Of a DNA stretch of 64,000 nt, positions 1-8,481 are shown in pieces (the stretch's first letter is position 1; each line of letters opens with the position of its first letter). The DNA comes from an uncultured Pseudomonadales bacterium (GTDB lineage: Bacteria > Patescibacteriota > Microgenomatia > UBA1400 > PJMF01). The position numbers and the translations under genes are program-made. Below the pieces are notes generated by a model. It was not told the DNA's origin, made no database searches, and worked only from the letters and a program-made list of their open reading frames with translations. The DNA lies in assembly GCA_964556485.1 (NCBI GenBank), contig CAZKVV010000002.1, positions 74,291-138,290 of the forward strand, in the 5' to 3' direction.

Positions 1-829
1 TTCCTACTGCAGCAATGCGCAATAGGCCACGAAAATTAGTGAGATACTTTCGATAGGTAACCAACAGGACAATTGCCATGGTGATTCCATACGCAGCTAG
101 TGAACTTTTCGAAGCTCCTGCAAGTAGCAACCAAATGCCAATTAGATGCGAAAAATGCAGTAAAAACCTGGGCCAAACCTGCTTAACACGTAATGCTGTG
201 GCAAAAAGAATTGGCAAAACTAATACTAAATAGGCTGTGAGATCGTAATGTCCGGCGAAAGTACTTTGAATTCGTGCAAATTCAGACAAATACAGTGCTT
301 CACCTTTGCTGTATTCTCGATTCATTGTTGAATAGAGTGGCCAATGTAAGTATTTTTGACCAAAACCATACAGACTTGCGAGCAGAACCGTTACTGCAAG
401 CACAACCAAAAAAGTTTTGAGATCTTTTTTTGTTTTGACAGCTGAATGAGCAAAAAACAAAAGTGCAAAATACTCAAGATATCTGACATAGTGTAAAGCA
501 CTTTTTCCAATATGTAGTAGCTGAGCAGGGATAGTTTGTAAAAGCAGTACGCCTGCGGTTACAGAGACGAATCCTACAATTGCATAAAGTGCTACCGCAA
601 CGAGCAGTGATTTTTGTAAAGGTGCTTTTTTTCTTACTACCTGCATAAACCAGACAAAAGCAGTACTGAGTACTAAAAAGTCCTCCACTCTGACACGGAC
701 AATATAGCCCGGAAGTGCATCAAACAGTGGTAACTTGGGGAACAAAGGGATAAACGCAAATATAAAAGCCGTTAAAATCAGTAGAACATGTTCATCTAAC
801 CATTTAAGACTTTTCAACAACTTTGGCAT
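1..829 (-). CDS. Partial polytopic membrane protein, O-antigen ligase/polymerase-like (Wzy_C-type); N-terminal ~276 aa, 3' end lies beyond the window edge
   Basis: Not in ORF track because it is truncated. Reverse translation from ATG (complement of 827-829) gives MPKLLKSLKWLDEHVLLILTAFIFAF... with at least 7 hydrophobic helices. It carries an R-x3-G-HYDLTAYL and GASKSSLAA stretch resembling the conserved Arg/His and GSR region of Wzy_C/WaaL proteins. The start lies 7 nt after the stop of the upstream Wzx-like gene. Confidence 0.4.
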   Translation of the reverse strand, partial: MPKLLKSLKWLDEHVLLILTAFIFAFIPLFPKLPLFDALPGYIVRVRVEDFLVLSTAFVWFMQVVRKKAPLQKSLLVAVALYAIVGFVSVTAGVLLLQTIPAQLLHIGKSALHYVRYLEYFALLFFAHSAVKTKKDLKTFLVVLAVTVLLASLYGFGQKYLHWPLYSTMNREYSKGEALYLSEFARIQSTFAGHYDLTAYLVLVLPILFATALRVKQVWPRFLLHFSHLIGIWLLLAGASKSSLAAYGITMAIVLLVTYRKYLTNFRGLLRIAAVG

Positions 830-836
830 TATCACT

Positions 837-2090
837 CTATTGTACCTCAGGGCTGGCCTTCTGTGTTTTCCTAAAAAGATAGTAGAAAAGCACACTGCAG
901 GTAAAAAGTAGTATCGTTGTTTTGACGCCAACTCGAGTCCAGGCACTTGCAACACTGCCGTATTGTGGCACCAGTAATGCATTTGAGATAAGTGTTAGCA
1001 CTAACTGAATAATGCCACTAACTGAAAAATACCACTCAGCTTCTTTTAGTGAAAAAAAGAGTGCAACTATTGGAGTAGTAAAAAGTGTTATGAATGATGC
1101 AAGCAGCAAGATTGAGAGCAAAGGTGCAGCAGGTAAGTAATCGGCACCGATACTGTATAAAATGAGTGGTTTAGTTAAGAACAGTACAACTATTGCGGCA
1201 AGACTAATTGCGCCACATAACAAAAATGCCTTTTGACTATACTTAATAACGTCTTGCTTCTTTTGGTACCGTGCTACTCTTGGATTGAGTACAGTACTTA
1301 ATGAATAAGCTGAGAGTGAAAATAATAAGGCAATTCTACTGACGCCTCCAAATAGCCCCGTTTCGTACTCACTTCTAAATGATTGAATGAAAAGTACATC
1401 AATATTTTCTGTGATTCCTAGTGCTATAAAGCCAATTGCTGCATGTTTTGCCATGGCAAGCAGTGCAGATTTTTCTGTAGAGACAGTTTGTTTTGTGGGT
1501 TTATATTTTTGAAGATATGGAAGCAGCACAATGCCAGGAATAAAACTGTAGGTCAGAAAAGCGATGATGATATGGGTGGGCGCAATAAATGCCAGTGAGA
1601 GTGACAGCACCAGCTTTAAACTTGATTGTGTTACAGATGCAATCACAGAATGCGTAAACTTATGTAGTGACTGTAGCATTGCTTGCAAATGATCGTAGAG
1701 TGCAGTAATAACATTTCCGGCAAAGGCAATGTATAAAATTGCAGGTTGAGAAATGTTAAGTACCGTACTAAGCCAAGGAGCAAGCAACACGCCTATGCAG
1801 AGGATGCCTAGAGATACTGCAATTTTTGTGTTAACTGTGTACATGAAAAGCGCATGCTTTGTGCCAGTATTTGCTATTTTTGGAATGTACTTGAGCAGGG
1901 CCTGGGTGAAACCGAGGTCACTCATTTTATTAAGTAAAAGTGTGAGTGAAAAACCGACAGTGAAGAGTCCAAATTTTTCTGGTCCAAGAGATCGAGATAA
2001 AATAATGATTGCGACTGCAGAGATGCCATTAGCAAACATATTACCCGTAACGGTCAACAGTGATTGGAGTAGTCCACTATTTTTTTTCAT
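837..2090 (-). CDS. PST-family (Wzx-like) polysaccharide/oligosaccharide flippase
   Basis: 417 aa, about 12 predicted TM segments. The N-terminal signature SRSLGPEKFGLF matches the Polysacc_synt (MOP/PST) hallmark ARxLGPExFG. Confidence 0.65.
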   Translation of the reverse strand: MKKNSGLLQSLLTVTGNMFANGISAVAIIILSRSLGPEKFGLFTVGFSLTLLLNKMSDLGFTQALLKYIPKIANTGTKHALFMYTVNTKIAVSLGILCIGVLLAPWLSTVLNISQPAILYIAFAGNVITALYDHLQAMLQSLHKFTHSVIASVTQSSLKLVLSLSLAFIAPTHIIIAFLTYSFIPGIVLLPYLQKYKPTKQTVSTEKSALLAMAKHAAIGFIALGITENIDVLFIQSFRSEYETGLFGGVSRIALLFSLSAYSLSTVLNPRVARYQKKQDVIKYSQKAFLLCGAISLAAIVVLFLTKPLILYSIGADYLPAAPLLSILLLASFITLFTTPIVALFFSLKEAEWYFSVSGIIQLVLTLISNALLVPQYGSVASAWTRVGVKTTILLFTCSVLFYYLFRKTQKASPEVQ

Positions 2091-3690
2091 GTAGTTGATA
2101 GATAGTACAGGTGGAAAAACATCCAGTGTGTACCTCTTCTAAATCAAACGTAGTTTTGATATTTTCAAAGACTGCTTTAAAACCAGAGGTTGCTGAAATG
2201 CCATACGTTGAAACAAAGACAGAAGATTCTTTGACTTTTTCTGCATACAATTCAAGTAATGGTTTTGATTCTGAAACACCCCAAACATTGTATCGAAAGT
2301 TGTGAAAGTCTTGCTCTGGATGCATGGGTAGTAGCTGGTATTTATTGCTGTAATAGTAGTCATGCAAAAATGGTGCAGCAAGCGTAATCAAATATGGTTT
2401 GGTATCAGTTTTTTCAAAATAGGTGTTTGCTTCAACTACTGAGAGTTGCCACCATGGAGTTTCGGCATACTTTAAGTTTAGTGACACCTGTGATTTAAGT
2501 CTTTGAAAGTTGAGTCCCAAATACATGGTAGTAAAAATCATGAGTGAGATAGCAGTTAGTACCATGGATTTTTTTAAAACAGTTTTGGAAACGAAACTGA
2601 GTAGAAAGCCAAACCCTAAGAGTAATATTGGTAAAAAGTGAAAAACATATCGGATATCAACAACATAAAAAGTTGATATAAAGAGTAACTGCACCAGCGC
2701 GGCTAAAAGTAGATATATCCGTAATAAGACGTGTTCTTTTTTCCACCCGAGCAAGTGACCTAACAGTGATGGCAGTGCTAAAAATGTAGGTAAAAGTGGG
2801 AGGGTGCTCCAAAGAAATTTTTCTGGTTTTCCAATAAGTGATGATGCATATCGAGCAAGATGGGAGCTGAGATATGTGATAGAAAAGTAGCCAGGGTTTT
2901 GTGTGGCATTCTCTGAAATAGCAACCTTGATGCTAGGTTTAAACAGTGACTGGGCAAAAAAGAGCACATTTTGTATATCAAATAACAAAAGTCCAAATCC
3001 AAAAAGTGGCAGGAGGAAAAATAAAACCGTACGGTATGAAGCATTTTTTCTGGTTCTATGATTTTTCCACAACTTATATGCATATATACAAAAGAACACA
3101 GCTGAAAGTGGGATATACGCATATTTAGCGGCATAAAAGGCCGGCACAACCATGCCAGCTATGAAGGCATTTTTTTTAGTGATTTTAGTCTGAATCAACA
3201 ATACACTCAGTAAAAACAGCGGAATGAGAATATTTTCTGCCATAGCCAAGGTTGGATACCAATAGGTGTAGTAATTGGTTGCGTATAAAAGTAGCAACAC
3301 TGCAACTATCAGATTTTTTTTCATTGCCTTTTTTGAGATGAGGTAAAACAAAAACATGCTCAAAGTTGAAAGAATGATATTAGTGAAATAAAAGCTTCTA
3401 GGATCTCTTAGAAGGGTAAAAATGGGCAACATACTTATTGAATAAAGTGGCCCTACTACAGACTCAATTCCTTGTAATTCTGGATTATGAAGCCGGCACA
3501 TTTTCCATCCGTCACCTTGCAAGAAGCAAAGTGGGGTTGTTACATAATAAAATGCATCTGGAAATGGTTCGAAATTGGGGATCAGAGTTCTGTTTGAGTA
3601 TGGGTTGCGCAGCAGTAATGCAAAAAGAATACACAGATTAATGAGCAATGGCCAATGACTTTGTAATAGTTTTTTAATCTTTTTTTGCAT
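2077..3690 (-). CDS. Polytopic membrane protein with C-terminal soluble domain, GT-C-like glycosyltransferase candidate
   Basis: 537 aa. N-terminal two thirds are multi-TM, C-terminal ~150 aa hydrophilic. The architecture resembles ArnT/PMT-type GT-C enzymes but lacks the SFGDYKLP motif seen in the clear paralogs. Confidence 0.4.
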   Translation of the reverse strand: MQKKIKKLLQSHWPLLINLCILFALLLRNPYSNRTLIPNFEPFPDAFYYVTTPLCFLQGDGWKMCRLHNPELQGIESVVGPLYSISMLPIFTLLRDPRSFYFTNIILSTLSMFLFYLISKKAMKKNLIVAVLLLLYATNYYTYWYPTLAMAENILIPLFLLSVLLIQTKITKKNAFIAGMVVPAFYAAKYAYIPLSAVFFCIYAYKLWKNHRTRKNASYRTVLFFLLPLFGFGLLLFDIQNVLFFAQSLFKPSIKVAISENATQNPGYFSITYLSSHLARYASSLIGKPEKFLWSTLPLLPTFLALPSLLGHLLGWKKEHVLLRIYLLLAALVQLLFISTFYVVDIRYVFHFLPILLLGFGFLLSFVSKTVLKKSMVLTAISLMIFTTMYLGLNFQRLKSQVSLNLKYAETPWWQLSVVEANTYFEKTDTKPYLITLAAPFLHDYYYSNKYQLLPMHPEQDFHNFRYNVWGVSESKPLLELYAEKVKESSVFVSTYGISATSGFKAVFENIKTTFDLEEVHTGCFSTCTIYQLHEKK

Positions 3691-5228
3691 TATCTTTTGT
3701 TGAGTAATTCTGTAAAACGTTCTTTAAACTTTTCCCTGCTAAAATAGGTGCTTCTTTTTACTGTCTGCTTACTGTATTTCTGTAACAGTTCTGGATCATT
3801 AATAAGTGTAATCGTATGGGCAATAAGATCCTTGGGTGTTTCCCAACAAAATCCTGACTCTGGAGTAACAATTTCTTTTTGACCGCCTGCATTAATAACA
3901 ACTGGAACGCAGCCACTTGCCATTGCTTCAACAGTGGTAATGCCAAAGTGTTCAAACGCTACTGGATTACTCTCTTCTTCTTCACCAAGGCCTGTTGCAT
4001 GCCAATAAATTTTAGCCTCAGAGAATAATTCACGAAGTTGGTCAAATGACATTTTGTTATGAAACTGAACAGGATATCCTGCTGCTTCTTTTTGTACCAT
4101 ATTAAAATACTGGTGATGGTTTTCACCTTCTTCAACACTTCCAACAAAATGCAGCTCCCAGTTTTCTAATCCATACTTGCCAACCATTGTTTTAAAAATC
4201 TTGACTAACTCTAATTGTTTTTTTGAATGCCCGGTAATGAAAAATCTGCCCACATGCAGAATATAATTCTTTTTTTGTTTTGCACTGAAAAAATTCTCTG
4301 TATTTACTGGGGGATACAAGATGTCACTTTCTAGTGACCAATAGTTTTTAATCCATTTTTTGCAAAAATCTGAAATGGTCACAATTTTGTGATATGACTC
4401 TAAGTCTGAGGTTCGTGTAATGCCAGGACCTCCATGTAATCTCATTTCCCAGACAGGAAACGCTTTTTTAAAGAGATTGTAAAGAATGTAGCGAATGTTA
4501 GGAATGGTGAGTGAAGTGAGTGCAATTCTTTCCGAATACTCATTGTCAGGTAGCTTTACAGTCCATTTCTGTACTAATTTTGGGCATGAAAAGGTGTACA
4601 CCACGACATTAGAATTTTTATCTATTTGTCGAGTATAGTCGTGAACTTCTTCATCATCGAAATAGAAATGTATTGAATCAAGAACTGCTAAAGATAACGT
4701 TTCAAAAGATAATGTAATACTAAACTCTTTTACCCTTTGTTTGAAAACGATGCTTGATTCTTTCGAAAGCCATTTGTAAATTTTTCCTTTAATTTGTTGG
4801 TCGTAGGCAAAACCCTCGTATCTGGAAGGGTAAATAAATAGTCTTCGAAATGATGGAACGAAAAGAGCACGTTTTAAGTATTCATAGACACTTAGTTTTA
4901 AAATACCAGGAAAAAAGACTGAAAGTACGCCAAATTTTGATCGATTAGCAAAATAATCTAGATGAGAGGTGTTAATAAACACATCATATTTTTCTGAAAT
5001 GCCAGAAAGTGTTTGGCTCGAAGCTTCCATAAGGTATTCAATGGCGATATCTTCAAGAGAAATCCCCATTTTTGTTTCAGCTTCAACAACATCAACTTTT
5101 TTATGGGTTAACAAGGTAACAGTGTACCCAAGATCCTTTAAGGTTTGAGCATAGGCAAATGCAACTTGTTCACCGCCACCTAAAGTTGAAAGCCATCGAT
5201 CATAGATTGCTGCAGTCTTTTTTTGCAT
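3690..5228 (-). CDS. GT4-family glycosyltransferase (GT-B fold) with N-terminal extension
   Basis: C-terminal block YWHATGLGEEEESNPVAFEHFGITTVEAMASGCVPVV is the GT4 E-x7-E donor-binding region. It is paralogous to 48605..49696. Confidence 0.8.
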   Translation of the reverse strand: MQKKTAAIYDRWLSTLGGGEQVAFAYAQTLKDLGYTVTLLTHKKVDVVEAETKMGISLEDIAIEYLMEASSQTLSGISEKYDVFINTSHLDYFANRSKFGVLSVFFPGILKLSVYEYLKRALFVPSFRRLFIYPSRYEGFAYDQQIKGKIYKWLSKESSIVFKQRVKEFSITLSFETLSLAVLDSIHFYFDDEEVHDYTRQIDKNSNVVVYTFSCPKLVQKWTVKLPDNEYSERIALTSLTIPNIRYILYNLFKKAFPVWEMRLHGGPGITRTSDLESYHKIVTISDFCKKWIKNYWSLESDILYPPVNTENFFSAKQKKNYILHVGRFFITGHSKKQLELVKIFKTMVGKYGLENWELHFVGSVEEGENHHQYFNMVQKEAAGYPVQFHNKMSFDQLRELFSEAKIYWHATGLGEEEESNPVAFEHFGITTVEAMASGCVPVVINAGGQKEIVTPESGFCWETPKDLIAHTITLINDPELLQKYSKQTVKRSTYFSREKFKERFTELLNKR

Positions 5229-5234
5229 ACATTT

Positions 5235-6659
5235 TTAGTACATGAGTGTACTCATTTCTTTTTTGCTTCTTTTTTCGCTCTGCTCCAACACTTTGCTGGT
5301 TTTATATATTTGCACTGCATGCTTGTAGAGACCTTGAAGTGCAAGTTTTTTACTGTCAGCTTTGGTTGAGAAAATTTTATGGTAGGTACCATAGTACTTG
5401 ATTTTCTTAAGCATAAAAATAACAACAATATCTAAGCTAAATTTAAGCATTAATATGAAAAATTGAATAATAAATGCTTTCAAGCTAAAGTGAGTAAGTA
5501 AAATGAATAAATGATTTTTGATCAGCATTGCATGAAAAAAGACGCTGCTTTGCTTATTTGTAGTAGCTCTATGTTTATGATAGGCGATGGATTTTGGTGC
5601 AAATGCAATATCCCAACCCATTCGCCATGCTTTCAAACTAAGATCAACATCCTCATAGTACATAAAGTAAGCGGGGTCAAACAAACCGACTTGATTGATT
5701 ACCTCTCTTTTAATTAAACAACTTGCTCCGCACATCGAAAGTAACTTAGCTGGTTGACGATAGTAGTCACTATCATAGTCATAGAATTCAGAAACTTGTT
5801 TTTCTGTCCGTTTGATGATGCTGCCTCTATCTCTGCTATATCCATCCTTAAATACAATATTTCCAGCATTTTGTACAACATTTTTAAATTGATTCTGTAC
5901 TGTATCTCTGGCAATAGACAGATTGAATTGTTTTACTTCTCTTGAATGGATTTCATCCTCAAGTACTAATGTTTCTCCAATATAAAAGGATATAGGAGTA
6001 CTAGCATTCTGGGTATGTGGATGACCGTGTACAGAGATTGAGTATTTTTCTACTTTTTTATCTGCAAAAGGTAAGAGTACTTTTCCATTGCCATTGGTCC
6101 ATCTGCTTCTATAGTTCGATTCAACTGGTGGGTAAAATCCAGTTTGATACCAAACTAGTTTTGAGTTCTCTTCTTTTTGGCAATGAATATCTTCCACAAT
6201 CACTCCCAAAGGAGAAAAGTCATCGACATTATAAATATTTGATTTTAATTCCACTGGCGTTTTGATAGTGAGCTCAATAAAAGGTACATCAAAATACAGT
6301 TTTGAAGAGACTATGCCGATCGTTTCTGGTTCTGCTGCGGCCACTAGCTCTGTTAACCAGGTAGTCTCAACCCTAGTATCTGTATTGAGTAGCACAATGT
6401 ATTCACCTTTGGCATGAGCGAATGCAGCATTATTTCCGCCTGCGAACCCTTGATTCTCGGTGAGTTCAACAATGGTTACTGTTGGGAAATTAGTCGAAAC
6501 ATAAGTAACTGAGTCATCCTGCGAATCATTGTCGACAAGAATTACTTCGAATTTCTCTGGTGGATAATCTTGTAGAAAAACAGATTCAAGACAGGTCTTT
6601 AGTAGTTGTCTACCGTTGAAATTGACTAGAAGGATTGAAACAAAGGGTTTAGTAATCAT
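5235..6659 (-). CDS. GT2-family glycosyltransferase with ~150-aa internal insertion and C-terminal TM helices
   Basis: N-terminus SILLVNFNG...VILVDNDSQD...GFAGGNNAAF...LLNTDTRV is a classic GT-A/GT2 signature. The C-terminal ~80 aa are hydrophobic. Confidence 0.75.
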   Translation of the reverse strand: MITKPFVSILLVNFNGRQLLKTCLESVFLQDYPPEKFEVILVDNDSQDDSVTYVSTNFPTVTIVELTENQGFAGGNNAAFAHAKGEYIVLLNTDTRVETTWLTELVAAAEPETIGIVSSKLYFDVPFIELTIKTPVELKSNIYNVDDFSPLGVIVEDIHCQKEENSKLVWYQTGFYPPVESNYRSRWTNGNGKVLLPFADKKVEKYSISVHGHPHTQNASTPISFYIGETLVLEDEIHSREVKQFNLSIARDTVQNQFKNVVQNAGNIVFKDGYSRDRGSIIKRTEKQVSEFYDYDSDYYRQPAKLLSMCGASCLIKREVINQVGLFDPAYFMYYEDVDLSLKAWRMGWDIAFAPKSIAYHKHRATTNKQSSVFFHAMLIKNHLFILLTHFSLKAFIIQFFILMLKFSLDIVVIFMLKKIKYYGTYHKIFSTKADSKKLALQGLYKHAVQIYKTSKVLEQSEKRSKKEMSTLMY

Positions 6660-6661
6660 AC

Positions 6662-8392
6662 TTAATTTAGGCTAACTACTATCGATTCTTTAGTATTAGA
6701 AAGAACTTTTAGATTAGGATATGACTGTAGCAGAGTGAGTGCAAATTCAACTTTTTCTTGAAACAATTCCTGTTTATTGAGTTTAAAGAGACTCACACCC
6801 CTTTGATTAATGAGCTTTTTAAAGGAAACTTCATCCATTTCATTCACAGCCTTTGTAAGTTCATGTTCAAACCTTAAGTAGTCATCTGGATCATAACCTG
6901 CATAGCCATTAATTAAATAGCACTTATGATGGATATTTGCTAACAATTGTGTTGTTCTATATGAAAGATTTGTTGCGACATTCACGTCCGCAGTATCTTG
7001 ACTAAGCGGATATTCCAGCAGCACTGTTTTTTGTTGCTGGCATATTTGTTCTATAGCCTGGTATGCAGAATTATAATATTCTTTCTTTTTCACCGTAGTA
7101 GTAAATGATACAACTTCGTAGCAGTATAATCCAAATAATAACCCAACAATCACATATTCATGTACTTTAGTTCTTTTAAGTATTTTGGTAAGTCCAATGC
7201 CGGCAAAATAAATGATTCCTAGATAAAATATGAGTGCCCATCTTCCAGTAGCTCTTATGGGTTCAAATAAAGGCACAGTTTTAAGAAAAATCACATATGG
7301 TAGCGGTAAGCTTGTGAAACTGCCATTGATTGTTAATTTTGGTCCTAGTGAAAACAGAAAGCCGACAATAATGGCAGAAAAAAATATGATTTTCAGGGTA
7401 GATTTTGGAAAGATGATCTGTAACTCATTTTTTGTTTGTTTAATCAACACTGCTCCAATGAGCACGAGTAATGTTAAGCTGATGCCAGTAGATCCCATTC
7501 TTTCACCGGATGAGTGTAAGTTATAGTTATTAATTTTTTGAAATAATTGAGTTTTAGAAAGTGCACTACTATATACATTATTAAATAAGTAATCGGTTGG
7601 CTGGGCAGCATATAAGACATATTCTCCATAAGATCTGGTAATACCATAAGCATTCTTGATTTTAAGATATGACGACAGTATCGGCCCAGATGTAATGGTA
7701 AAAACTACTGCCGACATAACTGTAAAAATGAACAACTGCTTTTTCCGTGTATTGTCTGCAGTTAGGAAACTGACAACACCCCATATAGCAATCATAGTTA
7801 ACAGAAATACAGCCAGATATACACTTGCCAAGAACTGAAGAGTAATGATTAATCCAAGAGCAATCCCCCATTTATAAGAAAGACTTTTTTTAAATAAAAT
7901 GCCTAGACCAAAGTACATAGGCCACATTGTTATCATTTGGAAATGACCTATCTGTAAAAACAGGAAAGGAAACGCACTTGTCACCATGCAAACAAACCAA
8001 AGGACCGTTTTTTTGGTAAAAATATTTTTCCACAGATAATAACTTGCAATATTATTAAGAAAAAGTGTTGTAAAAAAGGTCAAGTTAAAAACTAAAATTG
8101 GATTACTGCTAAAAAAACTAAACATCAAACCAATGATGCTCTGTGGAAGCAAGAGATCAGAAAATAACAAAGTATCTTTAAGTGGATAAAATGCGTTTGT
8201 CGAAAAGAAATCACTGAAGTTCAATGCTGCAAGCTTGCTGATGTTTTGGTACATGGTCCACACATAGTAAGGATAGTCATACCAATCAAGTAATCCTGTT
8301 GTGAGTTGTGCCAGAAGAGAACGAAAAATGGTTAATGTGAGAGCACAGGTAGAAAGTACTATTACAAAAAAAGTCTTTTTATCTTGCGACAT
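6662..8392 (-). CDS. Large polytopic membrane protein (uncharacterised; possibly distant GT-C-like)
   Basis: 576 aa. The N-terminal ~400 aa are multi-TM with an aromatic-rich first loop (LLDWYDYPYYVWTMYQ ... NAFYPL); the C-terminal ~170 aa are soluble. There is no clear family signature. Confidence 0.35.
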   Translation of the reverse strand: MSQDKKTFFVIVLSTCALTLTIFRSLLAQLTTGLLDWYDYPYYVWTMYQNISKLAALNFSDFFSTNAFYPLKDTLLFSDLLLPQSIIGLMFSFFSSNPILVFNLTFFTTLFLNNIASYYLWKNIFTKKTVLWFVCMVTSAFPFLFLQIGHFQMITMWPMYFGLGILFKKSLSYKWGIALGLIITLQFLASVYLAVFLLTMIAIWGVVSFLTADNTRKKQLFIFTVMSAVVFTITSGPILSSYLKIKNAYGITRSYGEYVLYAAQPTDYLFNNVYSSALSKTQLFQKINNYNLHSSGERMGSTGISLTLLVLIGAVLIKQTKNELQIIFPKSTLKIIFFSAIIVGFLFSLGPKLTINGSFTSLPLPYVIFLKTVPLFEPIRATGRWALIFYLGIIYFAGIGLTKILKRTKVHEYVIVGLLFGLYCYEVVSFTTTVKKKEYYNSAYQAIEQICQQQKTVLLEYPLSQDTADVNVATNLSYRTTQLLANIHHKCYLINGYAGYDPDDYLRFEHELTKAVNEMDEVSFKKLINQRGVSLFKLNKQELFQEKVEFALTLLQSYPNLKVLSNTKESIVVSLN

Positions 8393-8398
8393 GTGGGT

Positions 8399-8404
8399 AT
8401 TCTA
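8399..8404 (-). promoter_or_regulatory. Candidate -10 hexamer (TAGAAT) 6 nt upstream of ATG of 6662..8392; leaderless-type promoter
   Basis: Minus-strand sequence reads TAGAAT-acccac-ATG. Confidence 0.3.
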
Positions 8405-8481
8405 TCTTGCTTTATCTATATCTTGGAAATACTATACTACAAAATCAGTTTGATGATGGGTTAGTAAAGATAGTTGTGATT

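Noticed and set aside
1753-2094. Short ORFs nested antisense or out-of-frame inside long coding genes (for example 1753..2094, 2139..2381, 2778..3149, 13111..13569, 16593..16898, 46857..47243, 58393..58587 and most other ORFs under 130 aa in the track).
   Set aside because: Each lies within a longer ORF with clear family signatures and has low-complexity or stop-rich character. This is consistent with chance ORFs in AT-rich DNA.
8407-8481. ORF-track N-termini beginning at 8407, 35273, 38512, 41012 and 55630.
   Set aside because: Reading the DNA shows these M residues are TTG or GTG codons that overlap or abut the neighbouring gene or promoter. In-frame ATGs 6-75 nt downstream give sensible intergenic spacing, so I used those instead.
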